Of a stretch of DNA of 42,942 nucleotides, positions 31,201 through 39,220 are shown one piece after another. Source of the DNA: a virus (lineage: Duplodnaviria; Caudoviricetes). The stretch lies in IMG/VR virus record IMGVR_UViG_3300030095_006577, positions 1 to 42,942 of that record. One strand, given 5' to 3'. The translations under genes and the position numbers were made by a program. The notes below the pieces were generated by a model, which was not told where the DNA came from, made no database searches, and saw only the letters and a program-made list of their open reading frames with translations. The stretch's first letter is position 1; each line of letters starts with the position of its first letter.

Positions 31201-31650
31201 CTCTCCTCGCTTAATGGAACAATCTTCTGCAGAATCAGAAAGTACAACCAAACGAGTTTGAACATTGGGGATTATGGCCTTCTCGACAGCCTGCCAGTCT
31301 ATAATGAGTATTTCTTCATAGTAGGAGAGCAGACTGTTACTCAACAGCAAAATCAATTTGAGCAACAAGCTGTATATGACAAACTTTTGCGCCTAGTATC
31401 AATGAGTGCCTATACTAGCGAAGAAATTCAATATCTAGTAACTCAAATACCACAAGCTCCAACCAGCGCATTTAAAAAAATGGCAGGCGTTGGTGTAAAA
31501 ACTCCCACAAGGAACGGCGATGGAACACCAAAGACCTCAAGTAATAATACCACTACCACAGCCTCCACACCTCGCACAACAGGCGGTGCTGTGAGAACCA
31601 CAGTAACCTCTGGGATGGGTGGCGTTGGCTCTGGCGGAGGTGGCTACTAA
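28264..31650 (+). CDS. Large hypothetical structural protein (1128 aa) with His-rich mini-motif and Thr/Gly-rich tail
   Basis: Long ORF with GGAGGAG SD; WAGSAHDHPERGWMQGAFHTDEPH motif; ends ...GMGGVGSGGGGY. Confidence 0.8.
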   Translation: MLKIDEQALQCSAAPSVYVRTIKILEASVPQVKTNNTTDNSRKPSKTKNAIDGTIGYEPPPIKIQDNDSVNGLRVLLDLAIAAVNSGTEKGLNWIDNEDVRKTLLVKIVQSTNKELSTRLTTEEGAKFFDENDTGIFQGYNKFIDYQIKQVSLASQQNQKSKVTEKINSLTSNKILNLVERIEFDIPMQPTHLNYFVLCQVGETSIASPLIPHSPIIIEKVIENSELVERAFRFVNADDGAVWAGSAHDHPERGWMQGAFHTDEPHKSLVRQTVDNVKVSYMPDVNRLTDVQINISNDLSDERINYFSNLYLTRDKFGNAIFGFNFDHLNFMINNSKFGGLFLNSTPDLVRSLIASSPIIDLTIKRERIHIRRAANRLESEADLVTDFITNLRTEQDEQTVISTYDTSGILKSNTKYSFNGAQSHLNSRQVYAGDEIPPDFSPSATIREVSLGNLTGFRMFTGQDLSISSVSDGMYQYSVSLQIRDGTSELLQNRLNEYLLSIRDVEEYLSRASFSKNYDQRTNKFTEAFISSELNTTLGQGWFVAIMKYIETLDLLTDISEKDKLSLTSALYSLVNPVVATPDTITEFLNIMNSLESKLKKILSKESARHTREKSSISTGGSYPIFEISQGFQDVFDSNIIKNSGIDYLGIQGTSGMASMTRDGFISRLDTEYNRVDGIKYTVPEIQTRFNFLTPENVTSLFSDKTKGSDMAPSFVELNGERVNLLPQNIDSLDYVSITAILQNILFNNAGGSRFIGASKQILNLLNDVGKGSDEDRVVKIKNLQQQTSQVLGLTIENNGGQSGQASSTISSDGYVGASNKFTSGAPVEESISVRVEDVEPENATSLVNRVLQILNVNSNSTVTERNRTQNAISFDLSKENNFISKNIIPSNQRDDIAVTQARINNFLTNDLPHQQKLLTLRKARLYSDAAAVASSDDDTEVDAFMYNFGMLRRVEYLSGFNGGSIKSEIWKKLTFQNLSSLNGTIFCRIRKYNQTSLNIGDYGLLDSLPVYNEYFFIVGEQTVTQQQNQFEQQAVYDKLLRLVSMSAYTSEEIQYLVTQIPQAPTSAFKKMAGVGVKTPTRNGDGTPKTSSNNTTTTASTPRTTGGAVRTTVTSGMGGVGSGGGGY

Positions 31651-34600
31651 TGGGCGCAATCCCACCAGGCCCAGGGTCAGATCCAGCGGATACCACAGGT
31701 GTCCCAACTCCAGAGATGCCTCCGATCGAGGACATTGTTGCAGATTTTGAGGAGGTTGTACCTGCTGGCACTCCATCTTCTCTTGGTAGGCAGTTTTCCA
31801 GTCTTCAAGGCACTGGCGGGGGATACGCAAAAAACGCAGTTGTTGTGGACACTGAGAATTGTAATTTCACAGAAGTCCCAATGGATCCAATTAGGAGAGG
31901 TTCCGTATCGTACTGGATCATGCTAGAAGAATCAGACGAGCCGAATCCAAGACTGAGGTGGGCAAGACAGGGAGGATACGAGGGCTCCGAGGAGTATGTT
32001 GAACAGAATCAAAAAATACTCAGTATAACTTACCAGGCAGCAGCAAATCAGACAACACCGTCAGAACAGCATCCTTATGGTCGCCGTATAGAAAACTTAC
32101 GTCTCAACTTCAAAGACTTTTTTGAGGAAGATGGGTATGGAATGGAACCATTTCTTGAATATTTGAGATCAATGGGTTATGCAACAACTGGGAGAGAATA
32201 TCTTGACCACGCGCTAGAATATCAAGAAGCTTATTCTGCCAAAGAAAATCAAATAATTTATGATGGTGCGGCACCAGCAGAGCAACTGACTGCAGATGTA
32301 AAGTTTGATTATAATTTTTATACAAAGCTATATGAGGAAAATTTAGATAGATATAGCATTCCTGAGACATTGACACCCCACATATATACCCTTTATTTAG
32401 AAAAAGAGAGGGGACTTACAGGTGGAGACAGTTCTTTCTACGGCGATGAAACAGATATTGGTTTTCAAGAGCCAAGGATAAACCAATCAGGGTATTTAAA
32501 CCAGTGGGTATACAACGACTTTATCACACTTAATAGGTCGTCTGAGCTTCAACGTATTTTTATAAACTCAATAAGAGAGACGTCCGCTGGTTCCGACAAG
32601 AGGGGTGAAGTAGACAGGGGAGAATATTATGACATTTGGGCCAGCCGATATGAGTTTGCAACAGCAGGTTCAGTCGAAACATCCGCCGGGACCACTGATT
32701 TGGGCACTGGAATTGGTGTTTTATCTGAAAAATATAGGAACATATTAATACCTTTAACCACAGAGGAGAAAATCCATACAAGTTTTAACACATATAAAGA
32801 ACTGTTCCCCATTTTCTCAGAGGTTCGATACTCTCAAACTCTTCCAAATCAAGTTGTACGAACGGTAACCGCAGATCCAAACAATCTAGCGATTTTAAAT
32901 AACTTACTTAGGGATGTCTTTGTTGATTTTAACAACTTTACGAATCCCGCCTTAGATCAACAGTTTTCAGCCTATAGAAAGTTCTCAGAAAATCACGAGC
33001 GACTCTATAGAGATCCAGCCTCTGGCCCAATCACATTGCCAGTTGGAGGCACAGCAACGAGGAAGATCTTTAATGTAGGCGATTGGGCGTTGGGCGAAGA
33101 ATTTGTAAACTTGCCGTACTCTCCAAATGAAGTTGACACAAACTACTTGTTTTTGCAAAACTTTGCCGGGGAACGACTTGAATCAACATTATCAGACCTT
33201 ATGATGATTGTTAGGAACCCAGATTTTATAGATGACACCCCTGCTGGATTGTCTGGAATATGTGCGAGCACACGCGATATTTTGCTAAACTTGTGCAACA
33301 ATCATCGTCGCACTTATAAAGATATAATATCTGGAGATCGTGCGTATTCTGAGGACGTGTTTTTCAAAGTAAGTAAATTCTATGTTTCCCCAGAGGGAGT
33401 TAAATCGATTCTTCCAATGCAAAGTTTTTATTTAATAAACGACGCCCATAATAGAAGAGTGGTTAACCTTATTGACACGCAGCTAAAATACGGAAGAACC
33501 TATGAGTATGAAATTTCAACGTTACGGCTGGTAGTTGGTACTAAGACACGAATACTGGAAGCTAGATATTTTAATCCAGAATCGTTTACAATACGTGACG
33601 ATGGAGAGCCAGGGTTTAGAGTTGTTGGCCAGTTTGAGTCTGTTACAATGGGGGAGGTATCGTTTGTTGGAGATGCCCCAGAAGTAGAAGAATCTGTCGG
33701 AGAACCTCTAACGCCAACTGGTTTCCTTTCAGATGGAGAACAAATATACTTAGTTGATGTAGAAGTTGAATTAACACCTTCCATACAAATCATAGAGCTT
33801 CCCTACGTTTCTTCTACATCAAGCGGTTTAACTGTGATGCGAGGGACAGTTTTGGATGATCCACCAATGCCCCCTGAAGTTCAAGCATTTTCTTATAGAG
33901 GTGATAACAGCCAATTGCTTTTCCTTCTTAACACTGGTGCGGGTTCCAAAGAGTTTGAGCCAATTGTATTCAGCCCACAGGAGCAGATGTACGTCAATAG
34001 ATTAAAATCTATGAACCTAGACCCCAATAAGCTTACGATATTATATGAGAATGACGACCCATCTACACAATTTGAGATTTATAGGACGGAAAAAAAGCCA
34101 AGAACATATGATGATTTTAAAGGCAATCTTTTATCTCTGGTGGACACTAGAGATGAGCTTATAGGATATAGGAATGCTTCCTCAACATCGTTTAAGAACA
34201 AAGTTGTGCCAAATACAAAATATTATTATATGTTTAGAGCAATAGATATTCATGGGCATTATTCATATCCAAGTCCTGTTTATGAAATAGAATTAATCGA
34301 TAATGATGGAGCCGTGTATCCTTTAATAAATATTGTGCAGTTAGATCCAATACCAAGGAGAACGACAAAAATAAAGAAGTTAAACAGGTTCTTGAAGATA
34401 GGCCCAGCGTTTTTACAGAGTGTTTTAGATTCTACTAGTAGCGAATTACAGTCTGATTTGAACGCTCCTACAAATTCCGATCTGCCTGTTGGTGTACAAG
34501 ATATTAGTGTTTGGGATAAGACATATAAGATACGCTTAACCTCTCGAAAGACTGGTAGGAAAATTGACTTAAACATCAAATGTAAAAAGGAATATGAGCC

Positions 34601-35318
34601 AACTAGACCTCCCGATATGCCAGCTCTATCTATAGCCGGAACATCTGTTCCCACAATAACAACCCCGTCGACCCCCTCTGAGGTTATAGAATATACGGCG
34701 GCGGATTTGCCCTCCTCGCTGACCACTCCAGCAAAGGGAGACTTGCCTCTGGCCGAGGCCCCCACTCTTGTAACCGAATTGGCAAAAGATGCGGGCGATG
34801 GTTTACCAAAAGCTGCTCCTCCTGCTGGAGGCGTGCCTAAAGCTCCTGGTCCCTCACCAGGCCTACCCACTATCGTTGCAACCGCACCAGGAGGAGGCAA
34901 GCCCCGCGCCACGACTGTGCCTACTATTTTGGAAGACTCTAGCGGTAAGGCAACTACTATTTTGGTCCCAAGCGTTGATGGTAGCAAAGCAGGGACTTCT
35001 GGTCCCACAGAGGCCATTGTTGTCCCTGCTGCAGTACCCACTGCCGCTGGAAATAAGCCCGCTTCTACTCCTGCCGCTGCAACAGCAGCTGCCCCTGGCC
35101 CAGCGCCATTTGAAGAGGCAGCCCCTGCAGCCGCTACGCCACCGCCCGCCGCCGCCGCAGCCTCTGCTCCCGCTCCTGCTCCTGCTGCAGCAGCTGCCCC
35201 TGCTCCTGCTGCAGCAGCTGCCCCTGCTCCTGCTGCAGCCCCTGCCCCTGCTCCATCTCCCCCCCCATTAGCAGAAGCATCTCCAGGCCCTGCAGCAACA
35301 ACAGCGAGAAATAAGTGA
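31650..35318 (+). CDS. Large hypothetical structural protein (1222 aa) with FN3/Ig-like domain(s) and Pro/Ala/Thr-rich disordered C-terminus
   Basis: PPMPPEV...QFEIYRT...PNTKYYYMFRAIDIHGHYSYPS is FN3-like. The last ~235 aa are low complexity. Confidence 0.8.
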   Translation: MGAIPPGPGSDPADTTGVPTPEMPPIEDIVADFEEVVPAGTPSSLGRQFSSLQGTGGGYAKNAVVVDTENCNFTEVPMDPIRRGSVSYWIMLEESDEPNPRLRWARQGGYEGSEEYVEQNQKILSITYQAAANQTTPSEQHPYGRRIENLRLNFKDFFEEDGYGMEPFLEYLRSMGYATTGREYLDHALEYQEAYSAKENQIIYDGAAPAEQLTADVKFDYNFYTKLYEENLDRYSIPETLTPHIYTLYLEKERGLTGGDSSFYGDETDIGFQEPRINQSGYLNQWVYNDFITLNRSSELQRIFINSIRETSAGSDKRGEVDRGEYYDIWASRYEFATAGSVETSAGTTDLGTGIGVLSEKYRNILIPLTTEEKIHTSFNTYKELFPIFSEVRYSQTLPNQVVRTVTADPNNLAILNNLLRDVFVDFNNFTNPALDQQFSAYRKFSENHERLYRDPASGPITLPVGGTATRKIFNVGDWALGEEFVNLPYSPNEVDTNYLFLQNFAGERLESTLSDLMMIVRNPDFIDDTPAGLSGICASTRDILLNLCNNHRRTYKDIISGDRAYSEDVFFKVSKFYVSPEGVKSILPMQSFYLINDAHNRRVVNLIDTQLKYGRTYEYEISTLRLVVGTKTRILEARYFNPESFTIRDDGEPGFRVVGQFESVTMGEVSFVGDAPEVEESVGEPLTPTGFLSDGEQIYLVDVEVELTPSIQIIELPYVSSTSSGLTVMRGTVLDDPPMPPEVQAFSYRGDNSQLLFLLNTGAGSKEFEPIVFSPQEQMYVNRLKSMNLDPNKLTILYENDDPSTQFEIYRTEKKPRTYDDFKGNLLSLVDTRDELIGYRNASSTSFKNKVVPNTKYYYMFRAIDIHGHYSYPSPVYEIELIDNDGAVYPLINIVQLDPIPRRTTKIKKLNRFLKIGPAFLQSVLDSTSSELQSDLNAPTNSDLPVGVQDISVWDKTYKIRLTSRKTGRKIDLNIKCKKEYEPTRPPDMPALSIAGTSVPTITTPSTPSEVIEYTAADLPSSLTTPAKGDLPLAEAPTLVTELAKDAGDGLPKAAPPAGGVPKAPGPSPGLPTIVATAPGGGKPRATTVPTILEDSSGKATTILVPSVDGSKAGTSGPTEAIVVPAAVPTAAGNKPASTPAAATAAAPGPAPFEEAAPAAATPPPAAAAASAPAPAPAAAAAPAPAAAAAPAPAAAPAPAPSPPPLAEASPGPAATTARNK
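35175..35239 (+). repeat. In-frame 24-bp tandem repeat (CCTGCTGCAGCAGCTGCCCCTGCT) x ~2.7, encoding PAAAAAPA
   Basis: Exact copies at 35181-35204 and 35205-35228 plus partial flanks. Line 35161-35220 is 70% GC. Confidence 0.9.
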
Positions 35319-35333
35319 TAATTAATAACAGAT

Positions 35334-35380
35334 ACTATTTAAATAAAAATGGAAAAATCATTTGAAAATTACTAATTACA
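35334..35380 (+). promoter_or_regulatory. Two candidate late promoter motifs (ACTATTTAAATA at 35334, ACTAATTA at 35371)
   Basis: Largest AT-rich intergenic gap carries two copies of ACTAnTTA before a GAGG SD. Confidence 0.58.
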
Positions 35381-35399
35381 TTATTGTTGAGGAAAAAAT

Positions 35400-36326
35400 A
35401 TGGCATTTTTAGACAATTCAGGAGACATTCTCCTTGACGCAGTTTTAACTGACCTAGGTAGACAAAGATTAGCTAGAGGCGATGGCAGCTTTAGAATAAC
35501 AAAGTTTGCTCTCGGAGATGATGAAATCGACTATAGTCTTTATAACAAAGACCACGCCAGTGGAAGTGCGTACTATGATCTTGAAATTTTACAAACTCCT
35601 GTTTTAGAAGCTTTTACAAACAATGCTTCTTCCATGAAATCTAGGCTTATTACTGTTCCTCGAACAAACATATTATATTTACCGGTGATCAAGCTAGCTT
35701 TGGGTGAGCAACTACGTGAGCCTCTATACGCGGGAGTCAATTCCTATTTGATAGCTGTGAATGAGGCCACTCAAGATTCAAAAATTTCAAACTCTATTGA
35801 TATGACAGTTGATGGAATTTTCTTCGGAGCGAGTGGGTTTGAGAATAACCAACCCATATCTGTAGATGCAGGATTAGACACGACGGACATCTCTTCCAAC
35901 CGAGCTTTGGATTCGTCCCTGATTGAAACTGCTTACCAGATAGAGATTGACAATCGCTTTGGTAGTGTCCTGAATCCGCAAGGAGTTCCAGCTTCAGTTT
36001 CTTACGTTGATGATGACAATATAGCTTTTTACTATGTTAGTCTGAAATCCGATAAGACTTATTTTGAAAATATAACTGATCCAAAAATTAGATCATCAAT
36101 TAGGGGCCCAAGGGCAAATCGTTTAGTATTTCAAATAGCGGCATCAGTGGAACTTGCCACTAGCACACACTTGTTCAATAAGTTTGGCGGCACCACAATG
36201 TCTGTCACTTCAGCAACTGGCGGTAGTGTTAGCGTCAACTATATTGATTCTACAATAAGAGTAACGGGTGTTAATACCGGCGCAACAATCGCTATTCCAG
36301 TTAGATTTATTAGATCACCATCTTAA
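35400..36326 (+). CDS. Putative tail/baseplate structural protein, N-terminus resembling the first half of the tail-collar fibre (DUF3751/P2 gpH-like) domain
   Basis: VLTDLGRQRLARG...ITKFALGDD resembles the LTxxGxxxLA...I..xAxGD pattern. Confidence 0.62.
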   Translation: MAFLDNSGDILLDAVLTDLGRQRLARGDGSFRITKFALGDDEIDYSLYNKDHASGSAYYDLEILQTPVLEAFTNNASSMKSRLITVPRTNILYLPVIKLALGEQLREPLYAGVNSYLIAVNEATQDSKISNSIDMTVDGIFFGASGFENNQPISVDAGLDTTDISSNRALDSSLIETAYQIEIDNRFGSVLNPQGVPASVSYVDDDNIAFYYVSLKSDKTYFENITDPKIRSSIRGPRANRLVFQIAASVELATSTHLFNKFGGTTMSVTSATGGSVSVNYIDSTIRVTGVNTGATIAIPVRFIRSPS

Positions 36327-36338
36327 AAAGGATAGAAA

Positions 36339-37451
36339 ATGGCTACTACGTTTAAAACATTAGGTGCAAGAGATGTAACAAGCACAAGATCGCTTCTTCA
36401 TGAGGCTATTCCGATAACTGGATCGATTGTTTCTGGAACATATGTTCAAGGATCTTCCGAGACCAATATAAAAAATTATAGTCATGGGATGTTTCAAAGC
36501 ATCTTCGATTATCCATTTTTAAGTTCATCAGCAAACCACATCTTTGACATTACAATGGGTTATTCTAATAACTCTTCCCTATCTGCCTCCACGAACTCTC
36601 AACAATCTAAGAAAATAAATCTATACAACCAAATGGCCCAAGTTTTGATGGGATTTGATCACACTGGATCTGTTCATGAATTTGACGAGGACGGTGACCT
36701 AAGCGGTGGAACAAAAATTAGAGAAGCATTTTTTATAAACTTTGCTAGACTATTAACTAAAGACGAGATTAAAAAAGGCAGTTTCTCTTTGACTCTTGGC
36801 GTTAGTGGCGCGTATGATAACTTCGGAGCGTTCAATCAAAGAGTCAAGCTTGCTGACACCGATGCCAACACAGACTTCAAGGTAAACTCGCCAGCAGGAG
36901 AGTATGCGATACTTTATGCTACGAACGAGGCAGGTACTGAATTGGTAAACCAAACAGGTGGCGCCAAAGCAATCAAGGCAGGCCTCTTGTATTATCAAGC
37001 CGGGGTAGCAGTTGTTACAGCTTCAGTATTTGAAAGTAGGGGCGGCGGTGCACTACTCTCAGGCTCCGGTGGCCCAGGCGAACCACTTTTCTTTAGTGGA
37101 TTAAACCAAACAGTCAATGCTTCTATGACTGGCTCTACAATTCAAAGCAATTGTGATGGCCTTAGACATAGAGTGTATAATCTCTCCTTCAACAACACCA
37201 CTGAACTAAATTCAACAATTTATTTCTGTAGGGCGAACAATAATGACTTTAATTATTCATCAAATCCATCGTACCTATCAGCTAGTAAAATACGAGTAAA
37301 AGACAACGCCTCAGACCCGCCATTGTCATATGTTACAACGGTTGGACTGTATAGTCCGGACAACGAGCTTCTTGCAGTCGCTAAGGTTTCGGAACCCCTA
37401 AAGAAAGATCCTACTGACGAATTTACTTTAAGAGTGCGTTTAGATTACTAA
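36339..37451 (+). CDS. Putative tail/baseplate structural protein, paralog of 37473..38681
   Basis: IKKGSFSL, AGLLYYQAG, FNYSSNPSY, YVTTVGLYSPDNELLAVAKVSEPLKK...LRVRLDY. Confidence 0.68.
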   Translation: MATTFKTLGARDVTSTRSLLHEAIPITGSIVSGTYVQGSSETNIKNYSHGMFQSIFDYPFLSSSANHIFDITMGYSNNSSLSASTNSQQSKKINLYNQMAQVLMGFDHTGSVHEFDEDGDLSGGTKIREAFFINFARLLTKDEIKKGSFSLTLGVSGAYDNFGAFNQRVKLADTDANTDFKVNSPAGEYAILYATNEAGTELVNQTGGAKAIKAGLLYYQAGVAVVTASVFESRGGGALLSGSGGPGEPLFFSGLNQTVNASMTGSTIQSNCDGLRHRVYNLSFNNTTELNSTIYFCRANNNDFNYSSNPSYLSASKIRVKDNASDPPLSYVTTVGLYSPDNELLAVAKVSEPLKKDPTDEFTLRVRLDY

Positions 37452-37456
37452 CATAA

Positions 37457-37466
37457 GCTATTTATT
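37457..37466 (+). promoter_or_regulatory. Candidate late promoter motif GCTATTTATT
   Basis: CTATTTA core in a 21-nt gap, 8 nt before an ATG that has no SD. Confidence 0.5.
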
Positions 37467-37472
37467 TATGTT

Positions 37473-38681
37473 ATGCCATATTACAAATTTAAACAAAACG
37501 ACATATTTCACAATCGCATAAAAGCGCACCCTAAGAAAAAATTCTTCATATATGACTCTTCAATATTCCTAGATGATCAGTCACAAGTAAGTGGCGCTTT
37601 CACTGGTAGTGTGCCCAACGTGCCAACTGGCCATGTTAGCCTTTACGAAGTAAATGTTGATAGACACGATGGTACGGATGCGCCAAAGCTGATTCACCCA
37701 TTTGTTCCAAGAAGCGGAAACCTAACAGCGTTTCGCACAATTTCTACTTCAAGTTTTTATCGAACCGAAATAGGCGAAAACGTCTCTTCATCCTATCCAT
37801 TGTCTGCTAGCATACACAGGCAGCTATATGGCGCAAGCACCACAAGAGACCAGACGGCAAATAAGATAAGTGCCCTTAAAAATACATTAAATTATTATAT
37901 TGCAAGAAGTCCGCATTATGAATACAGTTCATCTGTTGGAAGATGGAATAAAGCCCAAGACGCTATAAATCTTATCAGTATACCCTCAATATTCTACGGT
38001 TCATCAATCAAAAAGGGCTCAATAAATCTTAAATTCTACATGACAGGAACACTCATAGGAGAACTAAAGGATGAAAATTATAGCGGTGAATTAATACAAA
38101 CAGGCCCAGAGGGTAGCGTTGGGTCTGGTAGTGTTGCAGGAGTTGCATTATATAACGAAGGATTCCTCTTATTAACAGGAAGTTGGAATCTCGACTCAAT
38201 GTCTGGACTAGACTATACAAATACCAATACAGCCACCAGGTCTTCTTGGTTATATTATGGCGTTGGTGCAAATGATGGAATTCCAGCAGAAACGCATACA
38301 GCTAACTCAAGGTTGTCTGCCAGTTATAGCTTGGAGTTTTCAGGCACAAATTATGTTCCAGTTGTGACAATGCTGGCCCACGCCCCACGGAACGAGCTGA
38401 ATTATTCCAGCAACCCGTCATATATAGATCAAACAAGTGATAGCGCGTTTGTTTTTTACAGCAGTTCTGCTGGGTATGTAGAAAATGATAAACAAACAAT
38501 TAAAAATACTGTAAAATCTCCATATGTAAGTCCAACAGGTAGCTATAAGCCGCAAACGTTTATTTCAAAAATTGGAATCTTTGACAAAGATAAAAATCTA
38601 ATTGCAATTGCAAAGGTGGCGAATCCTGTTAAAAAAACAGAAGATAGGGAGCTTACATTTAAATTAAAACTGGATTTTTAA
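37473..38681 (+). CDS. Putative tail/baseplate structural protein, paralog of 36339..37451
   Basis: IKKGSINL, AGVALYNEG, LNYSSNPSY, FISKIGIFDKDKNLIAIAKVANPVKK...FKLKLDF. Confidence 0.68.
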   Translation: MPYYKFKQNDIFHNRIKAHPKKKFFIYDSSIFLDDQSQVSGAFTGSVPNVPTGHVSLYEVNVDRHDGTDAPKLIHPFVPRSGNLTAFRTISTSSFYRTEIGENVSSSYPLSASIHRQLYGASTTRDQTANKISALKNTLNYYIARSPHYEYSSSVGRWNKAQDAINLISIPSIFYGSSIKKGSINLKFYMTGTLIGELKDENYSGELIQTGPEGSVGSGSVAGVALYNEGFLLLTGSWNLDSMSGLDYTNTNTATRSSWLYYGVGANDGIPAETHTANSRLSASYSLEFSGTNYVPVVTMLAHAPRNELNYSSNPSYIDQTSDSAFVFYSSSAGYVENDKQTIKNTVKSPYVSPTGSYKPQTFISKIGIFDKDKNLIAIAKVANPVKKTEDRELTFKLKLDF

Positions 38682-39220
38682 TGATTTTAGGATTAGATGT
38701 AAGCACCAGCATAACCGGGGCGACAGTTGTTAATAAAGACGGAGATGTAGTTTGTAATGTAGCCTGGGATACTAGGAATAAAAAGTATTTCCCAACACTC
38801 ATCTCAAAAGCCGCTTGGATTGAAGAGCGGCTGATTGATATTCAAAAAAAATATAAAATTAAAGAAATCTATATAGAGCAATCTCTGCAATCTTTTAGAT
38901 CTGGGTTTTCATCGGCCCAGACTTTATCAACCCTATCTCGTTATAACGGCATAATATCTTGGATATGTTATCAAGTGTTTTTGTTAGAGCCAATGTATGT
39001 GGCTGCCACTACTGCTAGAAAATCTTGTGGGATCAAGGTTCCAAAGGGCTCAAAGGCAAAGCAAGTTGTGCTTGAATACCTGCTTGACAATGAACCAGAG
39101 TTCAGCATAGAATATACTCGACAAGGCAATCCAAAGCCGGATTCCTACGATCGAGCAGACAGTATTGTCATTGCTAAGGCTGGTTATAACTTATGGAAGA
39201 ACAAAAACTCTCCATCTTAA
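38681..39220 (+). CDS. ruvC: RuvC-like Holliday junction resolvase
   Basis: MILGLDVSTSITG (catalytic D), IYIEQ (E) and DRADSIVIA (D..D): RNase H-fold acidic tetrad. Confidence 0.88.
   Translation: MILGLDVSTSITGATVVNKDGDVVCNVAWDTRNKKYFPTLISKAAWIEERLIDIQKKYKIKEIYIEQSLQSFRSGFSSAQTLSTLSRYNGIISWICYQVFLLEPMYVAATTARKSCGIKVPKGSKAKQVVLEYLLDNEPEFSIEYTRQGNPKPDSYDRADSIVIAKAGYNLWKNKNSPS
39084..39113 (+). promoter_or_regulatory. Candidate sigma70-type promoter TTGACA-N18-TAGAAT inside ruvC
   Basis: Perfect -35 at 39084-39089, 5/6 -10 at 39108-39113, about 80 nt upstream of the primase start. Confidence 0.6.

Noticed and set aside
35175-35239. Tandem repeat as a CRISPR array or DGR template
   Set aside because: No spacers, in-frame coding, and no cas or reverse transcriptase gene in the window.
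34280-35271. 253-aa antisense ORF and 160-aa alternative-frame ORF
   Set aside because: Both are shadows of GC-rich, low-complexity Pro/Ala codons with few stops, and show no motif.
38581-38608. TTGACA upstream of ruvC (and another at 3008)
   Set aside because: No convincing -10 hexamer at 16-18 nt spacing.
4239-38681. Bacterial extracellular contractile injection system or T6SS locus rather than a phage
   Set aside because: Flanked by phage-type sigma, RuvC, primase and gp46/47-like genes with phage-like packing.
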